From the NCBI RefSeq assembly GCF_009914755.1, contig NC_060941.1: a stretch of 64,000 bases of DNA; one strand, 5' to 3'. Below the pieces are notes generated by a model, which did not search any database, had not been told where the DNA came from, and saw nothing but the letters and a program-made list of their open reading frames with translations. The translations under genes were made by a program, and so were the position numbers. Source of the DNA: the human T2T-CHM13v2.0 reference genome, Homo sapiens. Positions 1-25,959 of the stretch are shown here, piece after piece. Numbering within the stretch: position 1 is the stretch's first letter; every line of letters starts with the position of its first letter.

Positions 1-445
<445 letters not shown>

Positions 446-667
446 TTACTTTGCTAGTGGGTTATAGGTTCCAAGCAATTATTGGTTCTCATACCTATGT
501 GCACCTTGATCATACTTTCTCAGTGTAATTATCGATTAACAAAGAGGCAAAATGAAGTGCACTTGGAATTACATGGGGTTTTGTACTTAGCCAGCCCTTT
601 TCTTGGTACATGAAGAACTATACACTTGCATCCTTTTTTAACTTTCATATTTCCTTTCAATCTCTAG

Positions 668-745
668 GTTGGACAAGATGCTGCCAATTCATCAAACCCA
701 AAGAAAGCTGCAGAGATCACTGTTATCCACCAGACATACTTCTGA
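668..745 (+). CDS. C17orf78: C17orf78 last coding exon (VGQDAANSSNPKKAAEITVIHQTYF*)
   Basis: Pyrimidine tract and tag acceptor at 665-667; phase-0 frame to TGA 743-745; peptide matches the recalled C17orf78 C-terminus; position next to ACACA/TADA2A fits 17q12. Confidence 0.85.
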   Translation, partial: VGQDAANSSNPKKAAEITVIHQTYF

Positions 746-1720
746 AAAGTTCTGCTCTATCTCAAAGACTGAATGATACTACACAGTCCTCTCCCTATTA
801 ATATGGGCACATTCTTGCCAATTTCACACTTGTATCTTCAGCAGGGACATTACAATCAAACACCAATTCCTGGTTAATGAAGGGAGAGTGTGGGCTTAGC
901 AGAGTTACCCTCATGCCCCTATCTGAGCCACAACCTTCTGTAATTCACTTCATACATCCATCTAAATGGATACCTTTCCATCCCCTCAAACGAGAACAAA
1001 AAGTATTCCCTGCAAGCACTATGAATGGACCTTACTACTCTCTTTGACAGAAGACTCAAACACAGCCTCTAAGAAACAAGGCAGCTGTTAGTGTGACATA
1101 GCTTCCAGCTCCTCTGTTATCTTCACAGCTGACTTCACACTCACTGGCCCTCAATAGCTTAGAGTGGGACTCCTGATCTCCCTGGTTGACGTTTATAAGG
1201 TTTTGTAATTTAGCTTCTGGTACTACATGTATCTATCCACACACTGCTGAAGGGAACTTGACCCTACGCATTCCAAAAGCCTTCCTCATAAGTTATCCCC
1301 AAGGGGTTCAGGGACTACAGACCATTAGTACCCAAGTGAAGTCTTCTGACGATCCAGAATTCCTAAGGTGGCTCTGATATTATATCATACTTTAATAGAG
1401 AGTTGCATACCTTTTGGACAAAGATTCCAGAGCAAAATAATTATGATAATGCTGTTTCTCACAGGAGAATAGCTATGAGTCAAATCTAACCTGCTTAAAT
1501 AAGAGTTTGGTGAGAAAGTGAAACCACCTGATCTTGAATCAATGTTGAGGTGAAAAAGGAAATGTCAGGAGGGATAAGACAGGGTGAGGCCCTGCTTCTT
1601 TTCCTAAGAGTCTGAAACCATTCCATTTCATTTTGGTGAAATGTGTCTGTTTCTAAGAAATTCTGTTTTCTTAGTTCTCTGGTTAAAAAAAAAAATACAT
1701 AAACTGTATCCTTCTTTCTT
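746..1720 (+). other. C17orf78: C17orf78 3' UTR (end approximate)
   Basis: Unique sequence after the stop; variant poly(A) signals AATACA/CATAAA at 1694-1703; first canonical AATAAA seen at 2347. Confidence 0.5.
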
Positions 1721-1832
1721 TCACTTCAAGTGCTGTCCAAAAAGTGATTATCAAAACAATACCAACAGGGGAAAATCTCACCCTAAGGCTCGATTTAATA
1801 TTCAAGTCCAGCCTGAAAGAGAACACATATAA

Positions 1833-5460
<3,628 letters not shown>

Positions 5461-5894
5461 TCAAAGTGACCTGGGACTGTGGATCTCTGAAAGGCCTGAA
5501 CAAGCCATTAACATCCTTCCTTTTCTGTACTCCCAGGCTAGTGCAACGGTGGTTTCAGGAGTGGTACTGGCCTTAACCATTATTTCCTCATATCTCCTAC
5601 CCCCTCCTATTAATATTTTGGATGCTTTCTAATCACTGCCCAGCAGATTCTGACCTAGAGCACTTTTCCTATGTCTATGTCCATAACTAGCCATTTTCCA
5701 AGGAAGAGTTGCTGCATGTACTTATGACTAAAGGCCAGAAGAAATCTTTTTATTTTTTGTTTGCCCTGGACAGGTTGAGAGTCCTATGATCCCTTCCTCC
5801 CCATCCCACTGATACTCCACTCCCACTTTCAAAAAGTATTCCATTTTCTGAGTTGACACAATGGCCCTCAGGTTGCCTTGAATTACTTATCTTC

Positions 5895-6301
5895 CCTATT
5901 ATTAGTAATAGTAGTAGTAGTATTATACTTTAAATTCTAGGGTACATGTGCACAATGTCCAGGTTTATTACATATGTATACATGTGCCATGTTGGTTTGC
6001 TGCACCCATTAACTCGTCATTTACATTAGGTATTTCTCCTAATGCTATCCCTCCCCCATCCCCCCACCCCACGACAGGCGCTGATGTGTGATGTTCCCAG
6101 CCCTGTGTCCAAGTGTTCTCATTGTTCAATTTCCACCTATGAGTGAGAACATGCGATGTTTGGTTTTCTGTCCTTGCGATATTTGCTCAGAATGATGGTT
6201 TCCAGCTTCATCCATGTCCCTACAAAGGACATGAACTCATCCTTTCTTATGGCTGCATAGTATTCCATAGTGTATATGTGCCACATTTTCTTAATCCAGT
6301 C
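5895..6301 (-). mobile_element. 5'-truncated L1PA 3' end
   Basis: L1PA 3' UTR (tattatactttaa...gggtacatgtgcacaa); 14-bp TSD aattacttatcttc at 5881-5894 and 6302-6315; tail decayed to (TAG/TAT)n. Confidence 0.9.
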
Positions 6302-6969
6302 AATTACTTATCTTCTTATATGTACTTACTGGTTCTTCTGCTTGAAGCCCAGTATCTGTGTTAATTTGTATATCTCTATATTACTTTGTATCAACAAAGC
6401 ACCATGTTCATAGCAGATACTAAAAATATTTGTTGATAATGTCACACCACCAAATGGATAAGCTAAGGGTAGCATAGCTGACTTTCTAGAAGAGAATGAA
6501 GTAAGCTTTATTTTTATATCAAAGTTGCTATCAGTTACCAGGGAGATGCAAACCAGTAAAGGGTCATACTATAATTGTTGCTAACACTTGAATTCATCTC
6601 TTTAGACTTATTTTCCCTCATATTTCATCATCTGTTCCTTTTTCTCTTCCTCTTCATTATTACAACACTTTTCTTTTGTCTTTCCTTATTCAATGACCTG
6701 ATTTGTCAGTGATCAAATTCTAAAAATTTCCCTCAATCTGAACTTCTAGTGAACTTCGATCCATGTTTATACTGAAATTTCAGATCCAAAAAGTCTTTCC
6801 TTTACCCCACCCTCCTTCACTTGGTGCAGTGTAGCAACAGGTGCACCTTGGACCGTAATTGAGGAACTTTCACTGGACTCTTGTGAATTTGCACCATCCA
6901 GTGGCTGAAATTGCTAACTGCATCCTCTGAAAAAAGGCAGTGGGCACAAATAAAAAAATGTAAAATGGG

Positions 6970-7905
<936 letters not shown>

Positions 7906-8219
7906 TGTGGTATCACTTTTTAACTCCTCTAACTCCCTCCCTCTGTTCTAGAAAGAAAAGAATTTGATTCGCATTTCCATGCTTTCAATGAAATCCTTTC
8001 ACTCCAATGAACTCATTCTTCCTGGTAGATTAATTTTAAGCCTTTTATCTCTAGCTATAGATAATAATAATAGCTAATATTCGACGCACATTTACTATGT
8101 AAGAATTAACGTCTTTGCCTTCTACTAAAGTAATGTTAGGAAAACAAGTGGGTTTAGGGAGCATATCATTGGCCTGAACTACCATATCCTCAGAATCTGT
8201 CTCCCCATACACTCTCTTG

Positions 8220-8690
8220 CCTCAGTTTAATCTGCATACAATTCTCCACATTGTAACCAGTTTTTCAAAATACAGATTTGATCTTGTTACTCTTTTGCTA
8301 AAAAACTTTTAGTGAATTCCCACTGCTATCAGGATAAAGTACAAAACCCTCAAGACGACTGCCAAGGCCCTAGATAATCTGCCTCTCTCCAGTCTCCTCT
8401 GCCCCACTCTTCCCCTTCTCTAGCTTCAGTGGCAATGGACTAGCTCCTTTCCTGCCTCAAGTCCCATGCTGTTCTGTCTGCCTGGAATATTGTTTCTACT
8501 CTCTCATCCTCTTTCCCCTTCTTCACTACTATTAGCCGGTTTAACTTTCCACTCTTCCTTCAGATATTGGCTCAATAGTCACCTCCTCAGTCTGACCTTC
8601 TAAACTCCATCAGATTCTTCTATACTGTTTTATAGTGTAAATTTCCTTCGTGGTATTCATCTGTTGGTAATTATGTGTTAATTATGTGTT
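8220..8690. mobile_element. L2 remnant
   Basis: L2-like aggccctagataatctg...gctgttctgtctgcctggaat...tcacctcctcag. Confidence 0.55.
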
Positions 8691-8711
8691 TTGGATTCAA
8701 AAGCCAAGGGA

Positions 8712-9480
<769 letters not shown>

Positions 9481-10747
9481 GAAATTAGAATAACAGGAGT
9501 TAGTTTTAAAATTTAAATATTAGATGGCATTAGTCTGATAAGTATCTCTATAATATAGTGGAGTATAATGGGGTAATAATGCCTGAAATGCACTGGCCAA
9601 GGCTCTCTTCCTTGAATGGGCACTAAGTCAGCCCCAGCCCTCCCATTACGGTTCCATTACTGACTAACCTCTCTCTTTTTCAGGTTGATTCATTCTCCCT
9701 TTGGATATGCTATATATATTCTGTATTTTTCAGAGCCACTCTGTCTCCTAAACTAACTTTACATATCTCTGCTGTGATCCATTACCTTCTGAGACGGTAT
9801 AGTGTCAGGGATTGTGGTAGTAGTCTGAATCTCCACTATGCTGCCTACTTACATTCTCTTAAGTATCAGTCTCTGCATCAGTAAAATGGGAGTAACACCA
9901 TAAAATACGAGTAAACCCGTAGAGGGTTTCTTAGGGATTAAATGACAGAATATATACAGAAAGCCTTGAATAGTAGCTATTTTCAGTACCAAGGGAAACC
10001 CTGCTGTGTCATTTTGAATAGTGTGTTTGTCACTGCATGATTAAGTAGTAAAGGATTTCAGATAAACTGTTGTCTTTGGCATGATTATAGAATCTAGAAA
10101 ATTAATAAAATAAGCAGGCAAAAGTTTTATGTGTTTGGCTGTGTAAAAATAACCAATTACAGTCATTTATGTAAACAATTTAACGTGTAGGGCCTAATTA
10201 TCATGCAACACCATAACAATTACATATATTATTAAATATGCATCAGATTAACCTTGTTGTTAAGTTTTGATTACAATAAAAGTACTTTGTACTCTAAGGA
10301 ACAGTCTTATAGTTAATTGCTAATAATGCATAAGTTTGTTCACTATTTGCATTAATTAAATGAGACATAGCTCCTGAGTTTGCTCTCCATTTGAGGCAAG
10401 GCTGGATCCTCCATCCTATATTGCAACTACACATTTGTCCTGCGACCTGTGAGATAACATACACTTTCCTTAGTATTCTATAGTGAGGAAAATGCTGAAG
10501 AAACTGCCAGTAAAAAAAAATTCTGTTTAATTGGCTGTTGTTCCTGAACCTACAGGTTTCCAGTAGATAAGAGTTTTTGATTTAAACAATGAAAAATTCT
10601 ATGCTGAGCACTAGTTAACCTATGTAGAACAACTTCTAAATAAGCCCCAGGATCATCCTGTGGAGCACTTCTATAAATAAAATTATATTTGACTCCCACC
10701 ATGAACAAGGTAGTAGTATACATACATATATCATCCCACCCCACCAC

Positions 10748-11439
<692 letters not shown>

Positions 11440-12049
11440 TAAATTCTTAAAGGTGATAAGGAGTGGAGACAGAATTCAAATTCAGGAAAGTTTCAAAGTC
11501 CATGCTTGCTTTTTCAATTATATTAAACAATGCCAAGTTCCTTGCATATTCCAAGCATTTATTGGGCACCTGTTGGTTGCACAAGAGTATAGACTGCCTG
11601 TCACCAAATGATGCAAAATAATTTAGGAGCCTGTTTTGACAGTCACAAGATGGAGGTCCTGTACATTAGGCAGAAAAGTATGCAGCTAGGCAGCCTAGTA
11701 GGCATTTTAGAATTGTCTGATAAACCGAGCCACTTAGCAACAATATATTTCTAGTTCACCTAATTTTTTGGGTTCTGCCCAAAGGCTGGTGACTCATGAG
11801 ACAGATATTCCGCACTCTGTGTACATGAGAAAGAAGTCAGTAAGGTGAGGAAGAAGCAGAAGAGATGGGTAACGAAGGCCTGGATTCACGAAAACTGTTT
11901 AATGGCCATGGTATTATGAAAATCCTGATACCAGCCAACTCTTGAGTGTTAAATAATGAGAGTCAGTTTATTAGTTATATTTGGACAGATCTGGTTTTTT
12001 GCTTTATTTTTATAAATAATGTTCTAAGAAATATATTTTATTTAATTTA

Positions 12050-13720
<1,671 letters not shown>

Positions 13721-14619
13721 TTTTTTTTTTTTTCCAGACGAGGTCTCACTCTGTTGCCCAGGCTGGAGTAAAGTGGCACAATCACGGTCACTACAGCCTC
13801 AACTGTCTGAGCTCAAGTGATTCTCCTACCTCAGCCTCCCAAGTAGCTGGGACCACAGGCGTGTGCTATCATGCCCAGCTAATTTTTTGATTTTTTTGTA
13901 GAGTTGAACTCTCACTAAGTCACCCAGTTTAGTCTCGAACTCCTGAGCCCAAGCAATCTTCCCACCTAGGACTGTCAAAGTGTTGGGATTACAGGCATGA
14001 GCCACCGCACCAGGCCAGAAACTCTACGTTTGATTCTAACCACAGCAGCTTAGCAGCTGAGGACAAACTGTTGGGATATTTTGGTCTCAGTCAATGGCAG
14101 CCAGGTTACCAACCCTGACAAGATACAAGTTTTCTTCGTTGGGTTCCTGGTACAAAAGTCAACCTTTTCAGTTAGTTATGAATGAAAGGGCATGAAGATT
14201 GTGCTATTAGTTTATCCTGAAGGTCAATCTTCAAAAATACTGGTTCAACATGGATTTGGATATTATTAATATAAATTTATGGCTTAAAGAGGACAAAAGG
14301 TGTTTTTTTGGGTTCCTTTACAGAGATATTTAGTGAGGGAACAAGGCACTTAGTCATCTTTGCTATGACAGGTTAAATACAAGGTGTACTGGGAACATGT
14401 AAGAGGGTGACTTAACTCAGCCATTGGGGGGTCAGGAGAAGTGTTCCTAAGGAAGTGATGTCTAAGTGAGGTAGGCAGTACCTTGGCAAAAAAAACCTTG
14501 AAGTTAAGAGTGCATATGAGAAATGAAGGTATGTCCACCTGGCTGGCAAATGGAGTCTAAGATAGGGCAGTGATGATAAAGATACAGGAAGATGCTAGAT
14601 CTGGAAGGGCCTTCTAAAA

Positions 14620-14752
14620 AGAATGACAATATAAATTTATTGTACAAATAGAGACTTTACTGAGAGTGAAACCAGGCAATATTAATACTTAGGTAGGGAC
14701 AACAGATATAAACCAGGCTATTCTCAGCAAATCAGAAATTATGGTCACCCTA
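14620..14752. mobile_element. MER94-like hAT-Blackjack MITE
   Basis: Terminal atggtcacccta and internal tgagagtgaa...tattaat...gggacaacag. Confidence 0.6.
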
Positions 14753-14778
14753 CTTGTAAGTCACATTCAGGTGCTTAG

Positions 14779-15009
<231 letters not shown>

Positions 15010-15886
15010 TAGTTGAGATGGGGTTTCACCATGTTAGCCAGGATGGTCTCGATCTCCTGACCTCGTGATCCGCCCGCCTCAGCCTCCCAAAGTGCTGGGA
15101 TTACAGGCGTGAGCCACTGCACCCAGCCAGTGACTTCATTTTTACTTTTGCCTTTACTTACTCATTTCACAAGTATTTGAGGATACACTTCAGAGCACTG
15201 AGGTTACAAAGACAACAGTGTCTGTCCTCAAGGTCTGTCTAGGTAAGACACACAGCCAAATAAACAATTCTAATACAGTTATACAGTTTTAGTTCTGACA
15301 CCTCCAATGAGCTGTAGACTTGTATTTGTCATTTCCAGTCAGAATGCAAAACACAGATCCAAAACAGAACTTTCAATTTCTCCTCCAAATCTATTCTTCC
15401 TTCAGCTGGTCGTGTAAGTGATGCCACTATCACATCCACTTAAGACAAAAACCCAGAGGAGTACTGCCTTAATCAGTAATCAGTGTTACCCTTCTTCTCA
15501 CTGTGCATGTTAATTTTGCCACATCTTTTTTTTTTTTTTTTTTTTGGTACAGTGTCTCACTCTGTCACCTAGGCTGGAGTGCAGTGGTGTGATACTGGGT
15601 CAATGCAGCCTCAACCCTCTGGGCTGAAGTGATCCTCTCACCTCAGCCTCCTAAGTAGCTGGGACTACAGGCATGCGCCACTACACCTGGCTAATTTTTG
15701 CAATTTTTGTAGAGACGAAGTTTCACCATGTTGCCCAGTTCTCATGCCTCCTTGAACTCCTGAACTCAAGTGATCTGCCTACCTTGGCTTCCCAAAATGC
15801 AGGGATCCCAGGTGTGAGGCACCGTGTCCTGCCCTCTCCACATCTTTCTTAAGCACACTGACTAAATTGGTCTAAGTAGAGCCTAA

Positions 15887-16141
<255 letters not shown>

Positions 16142-16548
16142 TGATCTTGAACTACTGGCCTCAAATGATCCATCTGCCTTGGCCTCCCAAACTGCTGGGA
16201 TTACAGGAATGAGCCACTGTGCCTGGCCCCTGAATGCTATGTTTTTAACGACTAGATCTCAGTATTATGTGGGACTAATTTTTCTACAGTATTACAACAC
16301 TGATTACTGATATTCATTGTTGACAATCATGACATCCAGATCTGGATATTTGCCTTAGCCAGTCTCAAAATTTGAGTTTCAATGACAAAGACACAGATAT
16401 GTCCTAAATGACTGACCCCACTTCCACTATGTGAAGTTGAGAGTGGTTGTAAAGCTGTACAGCTATAGGTGAAACACTAATGTTAATCAACTATCTGTTG
16501 AACAACTACCATGTAAAAGGACAATTTATGCCTTAGAGAGCAATTTAA

Positions 16549-17585
<1,037 letters not shown>

Positions 17586-17730
17586 CAGGATACATCAAAT
17601 GTAAAATATCCTATCATATATTTATTGATGTGATGCATAGGAAAATGTCTGGAAGGGTACATACCAAAATGTTAATTATTTATTTAACCTGGTGGGAGGT
17701 GGTTTTTCTTTCCTTTTCTTTTCTTTTTGA

Positions 17731-17991
<261 letters not shown>

Positions 17992-18149
17992 TGAGCCACC
18001 GCGCCCGGCAGGGCTTTTTTTTTTTTTTTTTTTTGGAATGAACTTGTATTATGCATATACCAAAAAAGAATGAAAGGGTTCACACAGGTATAAAGTGTAA
18101 GTGAATTCTAAAAAAAGGTTGGGCAAATTTATCAAAGGCAGACTTCTAA

Positions 18150-18375
18150 ATAGATGTAACAGTTATATAGTTCAGATAAACCATGGTTTGAATTCCCTTC
18201 CCCAGTACTTCCTAGCAGTGTGATCCCAAGTTATTTATGTCAGTGCCTAGATTTCTTCACCTGGAAAATAGGGATAACAACAGGTGCCTACCTCACAAGT
18301 TTTAAATGAGACCGTATGTGTAACCTGCTTTGTGCAATGTCTGGCATGCAATAAGTACTCGACAAATGGTAGCTA
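18150..18375. mobile_element. MIR
   Basis: gcctagatttcttcacctggaaaatagggataaca...tctggcatgcaataagtactc. Confidence 0.65.
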
Positions 18376-18420
18376 TTAGAATCATCATTAACAGCAGTAA
18401 TAAGAGATCTTGGGACATAC

Positions 18421-18458
18421 CTAGCCCTCAAGATTGACATCAGAGTAGACCACCACAT
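18421..18458 (-). CDS. ACACA: ACACA exon 1 coding part (MWWSTLMSILRA-R), long N-terminal isoform of acetyl-CoA carboxylase 1
   Basis: ATG at 18458-18456, 38 coding nt, donor AG|GTATGT (18420-18415); peptide matches the recalled N-terminus of ACACA isoform 1. Confidence 0.9.
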
Positions 18459-18970
18459 CCTCTCATCATTGCGCCTCAATTTGGGCCTCTGAAGCCCAAA
18501 GAGGGGATGGTTCTTTCCAAAGAAGACAATTTCGACGTTCCAGAAGCATCTGATTGAAACGCACCCTCTTCACCCCTTAAAATCAGTCTGGTTCATCCAC
18601 GAGCAGCCCTTCGGGGCCCGGACTGGAGAGGCAGCCACGGCTCGCCGTCCCTGGGCCCAGTTCCCTCAGCCTCAATTTCCCTTGCTGCAACAGGGGTGGA
18701 GATGGGAACGTTATCCCCAAACCCAGGCAGTCCCGGCTCGGCCCGCCTCACCGCACTCCGGAGGGGACCAAACAGCCCCACGCGCCAGGAAGCCTCAGGC
18801 AACGGGCCACGCGCCACACGGGCAAAGTGATTACTGGTCGGATCAAAAGTCAGGCAAGCGGCTCAGCCCCATCCTCCCAGTCCTCGGGCACGGGGACAGC
18901 AGCAGGCGCGCGGCGGGGACCGGGAAAAGGCCAAGAGGGCGGTGGCGGGCGCTCAGCACCCGGCGGGGGC
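18459..18970 (-). other. ACACA: ACACA exon 1 5' UTR (TSS approximate)
   Basis: Continuous with the coding part and runs into the CpG island; TSS inferred, not observed. Confidence 0.65.
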
Positions 18971-19045
18971 CTCCACGGCCGAGGGGCGGAGGCGGCGGGC
19001 GCGCGGCACGCGGCGCGCTCGCCACTGCGCCGCCCGGGGGCGCGC

Positions 19046-19109
19046 ACGCAAAGCCCGGAGGCGCGCGCGACCGGCGGCTCTTTGGCGCGGATTAGGGGGT
19101 CTCGGCGAG
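19046..19109 (+). other. TADA2A: TADA2A non-coding exon 1A (start approximate)
   Basis: Strong donor GAG|GTGAGG at 19109/19110 inside the CpG island; no ATG. Confidence 0.75.
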
Positions 19110-19379
19110 GTGAGGCGCCAGGCAGCGCTGGGCGGGCGGGCGGGTGGCGGAGCGCGAGCCCCTCTAGCGGGACTAGGGAGAAGCGGGGGCCACGAGGTGC
19201 GGCGGGGGAGGAGTCGCGGGCTGCGGGCCCCGGCGGCGGGCTTGACGCGGCAGGCTGGCGGGCCGGCGGGCGGGCAGCGGCGGGCCTCGCCGCTCTGTGG
19301 GGGAGGGCGGTGTGGGGCCGGGCCTGACCCCGGGGGCCCGCCCCGCGTCTGGGCGGTGCCCCAGTGCCCCGGCCTCGCC

Positions 19380-19652
19380 ATTTCCCGCTCAGCCCTGGAG
19401 CGCGTAGCTCTACCAAGAATGGCCACTGTGCCAGATGCCCCTGACCAGCGTTGCCCATTTGAATTTCCTAGCAGGCCCCCCAAAGTAGGTATTTCAGTAC
19501 CCTGTTAGAGCTGAGGCGCAGGTAAAATGACTGGCCCAGGCCGGTCCCACCCCGTAAGGATTTGAACGTTGGCTCCACAACTCGGGAGCCTGCGCCTTTC
19601 CTCCTCCCAACGTGGACTCCTGCCCGGCGAAGTGCCTCACTTCCTTCTCCCG
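19380..19652 (+). other. TADA2A: TADA2A alternative non-coding exon 1B (start approximate)
   Basis: Donor CCG|GTAACT at 19652/19653; YY1/E2F motif at the 5' end; consistent with my recollection of two TADA2A 5' UTRs. Confidence 0.6.
19483..19575. mobile_element. Degenerate MIR core inside TADA2A exon 1B
   Basis: gtaggtatt...ctgaggcgcaggtaaaatgactggcccagg...aggatttgaac resembles the MIR core. Confidence 0.5.
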
Positions 19653-19789
19653 GTAACTGATTCGAATTTGGTGATTGTTAGTTTGGAGCTAGCGCCAGTG
19701 TTTCCACGGAAGTTGGTGTCAGAATGTGGTCTCTTGTGAAAGGGGGAGAAAGAAGATTCTGCAGACTGCAATATTGTGCTTTTTTGCCT

Positions 19790-23090
<3,301 letters not shown>

Positions 23091-23149
23091 TATGTAGCAT
23101 TTGCCCCTGCCACCCTCAGTGCCCCATAGACCCAGATCCTTCCTCATAA

Positions 23150-23350
23150 AAAAGAAAAATATGTAGCATTTATAGAGGACCAGGTACCATGCTACATTAC
23201 TTATATGGATTATGATATTTGATTATAACATTTAATTCTCACAACTTTGGAAGGTAGGCACTGTTATACCCACTACAGAGGAAGAAACAGGTTTTCAGAG
23301 GTGGAATAATTTTTCAACATTACAAAGCTAAGATGTGGCAGAGCTGAGTA
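23150..23350. mobile_element. MIR
   Basis: tttaattctcacaac...aggtaggcactgttatacccactacagaggaagaaacagg. Confidence 0.65.
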
Positions 23351-23424
23351 TGTTGCATATCTTCTCTTTATCTTGTCCCTTTGAATGATTTTCTGATCCA
23401 TGTGCCACTTTTGTTTGTTCCTAG

Positions 23425-23521
23425 GGAGTCATCAAGCTTTGGTGTATGTGTTGGCCGGTTCTGAAGTCTTGAAGAAGCTCTGCTGAGGAAGACCAAAGCA
23501 GCACTCGTTGCCAATTAGGGA
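23425..23521 (+). other. TADA2A: TADA2A exon 2, 5' UTR part
   Basis: Acceptor tttgtttgttcctag|G at 23424/23425, 97 nt before the ATG. Confidence 0.85.
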
Positions 23522-23546
23522 ATGGACCGTTTGGGTCCCTTTAGCA
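23522..23546 (+). CDS. TADA2A: TADA2A exon 2 coding start (MDRLGPFS-N)
   Basis: ATG in good Kozak context (GGAATGG); donor A|GTAAGT at 23547; phase 1 joins exon 3. Confidence 0.95.
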
Positions 23547-23579
23547 GTAAGTACAGTGGGAACAAGTCTCAGGTGACTT

Positions 23580-25865
<2,286 letters not shown>

Positions 25866-25959
25866 CAATCTTTACTATTAAGGTTGCAAAAAGATGATTC
25901 CCCCCCCACCCCCTGCCAAATCTAGTGCTCTCTCCACATTTACTAGTTAGCATTTTTAG

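Larger units (their letters stand above)
18600..19660. promoter_or_regulatory. CpG island, bidirectional ACACA/TADA2A promoter
   Basis: Very GC- and CpG-dense; GC box GGGGCGGAG 18983-18991; NRF1-like GCGCACGCA 19042-19050; E2F sites TTTGGCGC 19081 and TTTCCCGC 19381; YY1-like CGCCATTT 19376; ETS CACTTCC 19638; divergent first-exon donors on both sides. Confidence 0.9.

Noticed and set aside
18593-19508. Long overlapping 137-202 aa ORFs on both strands
   Set aside because: Stop-poor CpG-island sequence with low-complexity R/G/A/P content and mostly non-ATG starts
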